Assembly (NCBI GenBank): GCA_951406725.2
Contig: OX597819.1
Span: 101,122,001-101,186,000, forward strand
Length of the DNA: 64,000 bases
Reading direction: 5' to 3'
Origin: Octopus vulgaris
Lineage: Eukaryota
The notes under the pieces are model-generated. The model ran no database searches and was not told where the DNA came from. It saw only the letters and a list, made by a program, of their open reading frames with translations. Shown piece by piece: positions 60,016 through 64,000 of this stretch; positions within the stretch are counted from its first letter, which is position 1; each line of letters starts with the position of its first letter. A program made the translations under genes and the position numbers.

Positions 60016-60508
60016 AAGAAAAAAAGAATGAAAGAAAGAAAAAAAAGAAAGAAAGAGCAAAAAAGAGAAAAATGAGTGCGTATTTGTGAGTGTTGATCTG
60101 TCTGTAATGAAACATATAACTCAGAAGGATCGTACAAGAGGTACGGCTAAAACGAAAACACTGCAAAAACAGTGAGGCTCTCATCATTTCGAACACATAA
60201 CATTACAATTTCAACACTTTCCTGCAATACTCTTCATATAACGGATTCGTCATTACGGAAACGGCAACAGTTATAAATGAGAAGACACGCAAAACGATCA
60301 CTGAGAGAGAAAATTGTTTATACATGAATGGCAATGGAAAAATACGAGACAAAACAGATGGAGAAGCGTAGATTACAAAACAAAATCAACGCATATGCTT
60401 GTACACAGATATCACGTACTGTGTGTTTATGTATAGTTGTTTGTGTGTATGTGTGTGTGTTTGTGCATGCGTGTGTGCGCGTACGAGTGTATGTAGATAT
60501 ATATATAT

Positions 60509-60555
<47 letters not shown>

Positions 60556-61653
60556 CATTTTACAAAATATACTTATTAAGGAATAACTATTTAAATTACA
60601 AGCCGTATCGGTTTAATACCTTTCGCCAACACAGACATCTACAGTGTCATTTTCTTCATGGAATGCAACGAAAAACGTCCGTGAAAGGCACAAACTTTTC
60701 AACAATAACATTAAGGTAAACTATAGCGGCATGCACATGCACTGTGCTATTAATTGGCTTAATTCAAAACTACTGCAATCCAACGATGAGAGAAGATAAA
60801 CGAAAAATAATTTCCTCTTAAATTATTTATCAAAGGAAAAGACATTAACAAGATGACATCGACACCAGCAACCAAACAGCAGTCTATTCGTAAGAACGGC
60901 AAAAGATGCGGTGATCTCTGCACTGAGGAGAAACTCCACATTACCTTTAATTCATCATTGTACTAATGTCTTTAACGGAAAATGGTCGCTACAAAAACAA
61001 AAGAAAGGCGAAAGTTGTTAATTGGAGCTTAGTGTGTATACTACCTGCCTAGATTACACCTGTAAACATACACACATGCACATGATTACATAAATATATA
61101 CATATATACATATATGCATACAAATAACTATTCTCATATATGTAAATATTTGGAGATGATTTGTATGTTATAAGATTCACATATATAATTACACCCATAC
61201 CTATGTACATGGATATGTTAACGCATTTGATGTTATGCATTTGTGGACACAAACTTACATGCATGAATATAATTGCATGCAAAGTTAGAAGCTTAGATAT
61301 ACGCACGCTCACGCAGAATGACTAATCTCTCCTTGTCTAAATTCTAGCCAAAAAGCTTTGTGTCTAGGCTAGAAACCGGCATTTTTTATGTTGGTGAAAT
61401 ATTTAAAAAATAGTACTAAGCATATATGTCTGTGTACTTGCTTGTGTCTGTGTGTGTGTATATGATGACTACGATAGGAATTATTATCAACTGGAAATCG
61501 AACGTTGCAGTATCAATTACCAGTCTAATACCATAGCTTATTATTTGACTGACGACAGAAATTAACATTTAAGTTCGCCACATTATCTGCATTAAGACTG
61601 CTCAAGCCCTCCATAACTGATACGCTCCTGATCCTCCACCGTCTCTTCCTCGT

Positions 61654-61717
<64 letters not shown>

Positions 61718-61861
61718 AGTTTTCCGTTATACTTCATCCTACTCAGTTTTCGCTATTTTTATATTTTCTTTATCCATGTTTTAATTTTCTTTTCTTTAAA
61801 CCATCAAAATATACTGGCCCTTTGTCTTTCCTTTCCTTCTCATTATTATTATTACTATTAC

Positions 61862-61918
<57 letters not shown>

Positions 61919-62224
61919 CAATATCACTATTATTATTATTATTATTATTAGTATTATTTGTGTTTTCCTGACTTTTCATCTCATATTTGTCTGGATTTCT
62001 TTATTAGTCCCTTCAATCATCGACACCCGTGTAGTCTTTGCTTGTTTGTTATGTTTTCATATATATCTTTCTTTCTATTTTTCTTTCCGTGTCAAATACC
62101 TGCTCACTACTTCGTATTAGTTTTTTCAATCATTCATTTGCTTTTTCACCATTTGTTCCTTTCTACTAACTTTCCTTCGGTCATTCCCTCATACTTTCTT
62201 CTTCTCAATCTCTCATTCTCTGCC

Positions 62225-62276
<52 letters not shown>

Positions 62277-62805
62277 TCACTCTTTGTGTGTTTCTTTCTC
62301 TTATGAGTTCACTTTTATTCCTTCGTTACTTGCCTTGATTTTCTTAATTTTTATTCTTCTCTCTCCATTTTCGTTTTCATCATATCGTCTTTCTAATTAC
62401 AATTTTCCAGTTATAAGTGTTTTTTGATTCTTCTCAATCTTTTCGTTCTTTATTTCATTCATTTATTGAAACAAATTATGTTATTGACATTTGAAGTTTT
62501 GAAATAATTTTATAAATTACTCGTCATTTCCTTAATTATTTAAAAAAATATTTACAATTTTTTTTTTCTGCTTTCCTCCTTTACTCTTATCACCATTGCC
62601 AGTGCTATCACCGTCGCTATATCCTTCGACACCACTGCCGCCATCATCACCACCACTGCAGTAGCAACAGTCACACCCTTTTCCCCTTCACTGTACTTTA
62701 ATTTTGTATTTTTTTCTCTAATTATATAAAAAGGAAATACTAATACTACCATCCCTGTACGCGCTACTATTACTATAATCAACATCACTGACAACATCAA
62801 CGAAC

Positions 62806-62865
<60 letters not shown>

Positions 62866-63076
62866 CAACAACAACAACAACACAACAACGGCAACTATAA
62901 GTGGATGAAGATTAAATATAGCGGAACAGTGAAGAAAGCCATATTAATGATCACGATTGACACATAAAAAATAATAGAACAAAGAGTGGAGGATAAGAAG
63001 GGGTAGTAGGAAAACTATCATGATGTTGATGATGATGATCGTAAAGAAGAGGAATAAGAGAATAAAAGAAAATTAT

Positions 63077-63107
<31 letters not shown>

Positions 63108-63886
63108 ACTCTGCCTGTCTGTCGTTCTCTGTCAGTCAGTCTGTCTGTCTCTCAGTTACTTTTTCACTTTTCTGTACATATATGCACTCACACATACATA
63201 TATTTAGGGCTTCCACATAGACCCCAATAGTTTCCACAGACCGAATATTATTAACCAGGTATTGATTGGGTCGACCCCATTGTAAAATACGCTTACCTAA
63301 ATAATCACGGACTGAGACCAAACCACAAACCACATGGTTGCAAGACCAGCTTATTGAAGGGGCATACATATACGGACTGATAGTCTGTCAGTTGCAGTGA
63401 CGAGGATTGTAGGTGTCCCTTTCACCGGAACCGTCTGCTTGTGAAATTTACGGGCAAATGGCTCAGGACTCCCGCAGATACACGTAAATTTAATATAGTT
63501 ATCAGGTAGATTCAGCGCGACACAGATTGTGACAAAGCTGACCCTTTAAAATACAGAAACTACTCGTTTCTTGCTAGGTGACTGAGGTGGTGCAACGTGA
63601 AACAAAGTGTCTTGATCAAGGGCAAAATGCGGTGTCTTACGCTCGTCAGCAGAATACTTTAACCACTAAGCGACGTGTACACACACACAATACAAACAAA
63701 GCAAAAACAAAAAACAACAAGAAACATACATACATACAGATGTGTGTATCTGTGTGTGTCTGTAAGTGCAAGTCTATGGCGAGATAAATAAAATTGTAAG
63801 AAAAATTATATAAGTGAATGAACAGGTAAAATATATCCCATTCCATAAATAAATGTATACATATACAATTACACACACACAAACAC

Positions 63887-63950
<64 letters not shown>

Positions 63951-64000
63951 AAATAAATATACAATTATATACATACACACACACACATATATATATATAA

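Overview
AT-rich, extremely microsatellite-dense animal genomic DNA. The SINE families and repeat landscape look like an octopus/cephalopod genome (inference). Almost all ORFs in the supplied track are microsatellite translation artefacts, and no intact host gene is evident; there are only weak exon candidates on the minus strand (25.6-25.9 kb, 51.8 kb). The window is a graveyard of retroelements: a near full-length Neptune-type Penelope-like element (PLE; RT plus C-terminal GIY-YIG) at 45165-48884 with ~595-bp inverted termini, R4/Dong-, CRE-, HERO-, RTE- and L1/Tx1-like LINE remnants, a Tc1/mariner relic and three tRNA-SINE families. The most interesting signal is a set of short fold-back (palindromic) elements and PLE tails, mostly embedded in (TA)n. 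They carry minimal hammerhead-ribozyme folds whose cores co-vary at the 3-8 pair (C3G8, U3A8, G3C8), some with U4C, an extra nucleotide after A9, long loop 2 and palindromic helix III. In the large PLE the two inverted arms are identical up to the ribozyme, share a frameshift that kills the endonuclease, and differ only beyond the predicted cut site. A UUUUUUA -1 slippery site (or splice acceptor) joins its upstream ORF to the RT frame. All alignments and folds were done by eye.
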